A stretch of 62,940 bases of DNA, counting the filler, from Reticulomyxa filosa (Eukaryota > Protista > Foraminifera): the NCBI GenBank assembly GCA_000512085.1. It is 16 parts of 16 records of this genome, joined end to end, with 100 filler letters (N's around TTAATTAATTAA, not from the genome) between each part and the next. Parts side by side here need not be neighbours in the genome. Positions count along the whole stretch, not along the records: positions 61,138 to 62,940 come from ASPP01048980.1; 15 more parts are not named here. One strand, written 5' to 3'. The notes beneath the pieces were generated by a model. That model was given only the letters and a program-made list of their open reading frames with translations, was not told the origin of the DNA and did not search any database. Shown piece by piece: positions 61,038-62,940 of this stretch (its first letter is position 1; the number at the start of each line of letters is the position of its first letter). Made by a program: the position numbers and the translations under genes.

Positions 61038-62940
61038 NNNNNNNNNNNNNNNNNNNNNNNNNNNNNNNNNNNNNNNNNNNNTTAATTAATTAANNNNNNN
61101 NNNNNNNNNNNNNNNNNNNNNNNNNNNNNNNNNNNNNTTTCATTTTCTTTTTATTAATTCTTTTTTTTCTTTCTTATTATTCCATCCTTTTTTTTTGTTG
61201 TAAATTTTTTTTTATTTAATCTTTTTTTTTTATTTTATTTTCTTTCATTTTTATTATTCCCTTTTTTTTCCCCTTATTACTTATTTTATACCATTTTTTC
61301 CACACCATCAAAGAAATGACACTGTACCTAAAGTCTTTTTATTGTACCAGATACCTATGCGCAGACAAAGCAAAGTTATACTTCATAATTTTTAAAAACA
61401 AACAAAAAAATATTGATAACTATTATTTGGCCAAGACAAACCCCAGCTTCTTTTCCTATGATAAACACTTCACATTATTTTTTTTTTTGATTGGACAATA
61501 CATAAATACAAACATAAATACAATACATAAATACAATACATAAATACAATAAATATACAAATATAGTTATTTCGTTTGAGGGGGAATTCCTATTCATCAC
61601 AAGTACAAACACATCTTATACAAAGGTATACATACATAAATAAAAAAAACATGTACAAACCTTTTTTGTTTTTTATTAAAACGATGTAGACTTCAACCCC
61701 ATAATTATCATTATTTTTGTGTGTTTGCTGAGGGGATGTGGGTATATAAATTAAATATTGTCAGGACGGGGGAACCTATATCATAAACATACTAATATTT
61801 GAATATATTTAAAAAAAAAGCAAATAGAACAAACCATTTTTTTTCCTTGCGGAGACGGGGGTGGTTGCTACCCATATTCTCATATTCTTTTCATCATTTG
61901 ATTGTTCTATTATAAATAATCATACAAGACATAGTTATTAATCGAATATAAATGAAAAACAAAAGACTTACCTTATCTTGGCCATTTGAATACAAGCGCT
62001 CACATTGCAAACCACCTTAAGTGGTTATATTATTCATCTTTCAATTTTCCAATTCCAACTACCATTTGCTCAACAATGTCTGACAATTATTTTCTATGTA
62101 CAAATAAACAGCAAAAAATTAATGTATATTATTGAACAACAAAGAAAAAAGACAAGAATAGCTTGGCAGTATCAATGGCATGCATATCATTGATGCTAGC
62201 AAATTTCGTGTTTGAATTGGAGCAATTTGTGGATGAATAGAATATTGCAATGATGGCCAGTTTGTCCATGGACAATACTCAAAATTGTGGCGAAGTTGTG
62301 GGAGACATGACTTGGACGTATTTGGTTTTGTGCAAGTTTATACTTGATACTTTCTTGGATGGTGCAGCGAGCTTGGAAAAAACAAATCTGCTGCAGTTGC
62401 AGATAATATTAGTGGTTGAATTCGCGCTTGTGATAGTGTTGTACCCGAAATAGTTGGTCATTGACAACGTCCACAATCGATACTCGCTCCTGGCTGCTGC
62501 ACCTTCTTTTCGACCGTTGCATATTTATTATTGCATCCACTTTGCCACTGTTATTTTTTTAAAAAAATCATTTTTCAAATAAAATCCATAACATACACAA
62601 TTTATCATCTCCCTTTAATATCTCTTGATATACGTAAACCTCCCTTTTTTTTTTAATGGCCATTTTTTTTACTATCACTATTAGTACCTGAGTGTCGCTG
62701 CTGTAAATGTCCTTTTGTCTGCTGTTTGTTGTATTGTCGAATTGGATATGAATACACTCATTGTCGACGTTTTGAAGTGACAGTTCTTTTTGGACTGTTT
62801 TGGATAGGCAAACAGAGTGCTTTGGCAAATACGTATAATTTTATTTGTTGATTGCACCAACTCATTGTTAGAAATTTGAAATGAGGATGCGCTTGATATG
62901 TTGTGTAATTGTAGATATTGTTCACACTTCCACGTTTCCA

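Noticed and set aside
6139-61137. Regularly recurring TTAATTAATTAA palindromes resembling a repeat array or CRISPR
   Set aside because: They are always centred in exactly 44+44 Ns, so they are artificial joins. Neighbourhood inferences across them and ORFs containing X runs are invalid.
61900-62940. Minus-strand coding-like fragments
   Set aside because: Multiple stops in every frame; not assignable.

Overview
This is eukaryotic, very AT-rich, intron-containing DNA and not one continuous locus. It consists of 16 unrelated contigs joined by 15 identical artificial 100-bp linkers (N44-TTAATTAATTAA-N44). The expanded gene families (WD40, Kelch-like, RING/TRAF zinc finger, CUE/PUB) resemble those of the foraminiferan Reticulomyxa filosa (Rhizaria); this identification is an inference. 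Recognisable genes are an inositol polyphosphate kinase 3' end, a 5-exon Rab7, an intronless CARMIL-like PH-LRR gene, a PA14/GH63-like secreted glycosidase, UTP6, a coiled-coil-FN3-SPRY gene, a PH-domain gene, a RING/TRAF gene, several WD40/Kelch genes and pseudogenes, and a CUE-PUB gene. The most notable observations are: (1) an ankyrin protein with a candidate His-Asp/Asn-Gln-Cys (CE-clan-like) catalytic domain; (2) two paralogous RPEL plus multi-CAP-Gly loci, a possible actin-microtubule linker family; (3) a 1.6-kb contig bounded by 387-bp perfect inverted repeats built from LINE fragments; (4) a ~35-aa 'GWI' exon module reused in four beta-propeller genes; (5) a TA|CAGTA-bounded dispersed repeat resembling a pogo/Tc1 element end. 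No rRNA, tRNA or CRISPR array was recognised.
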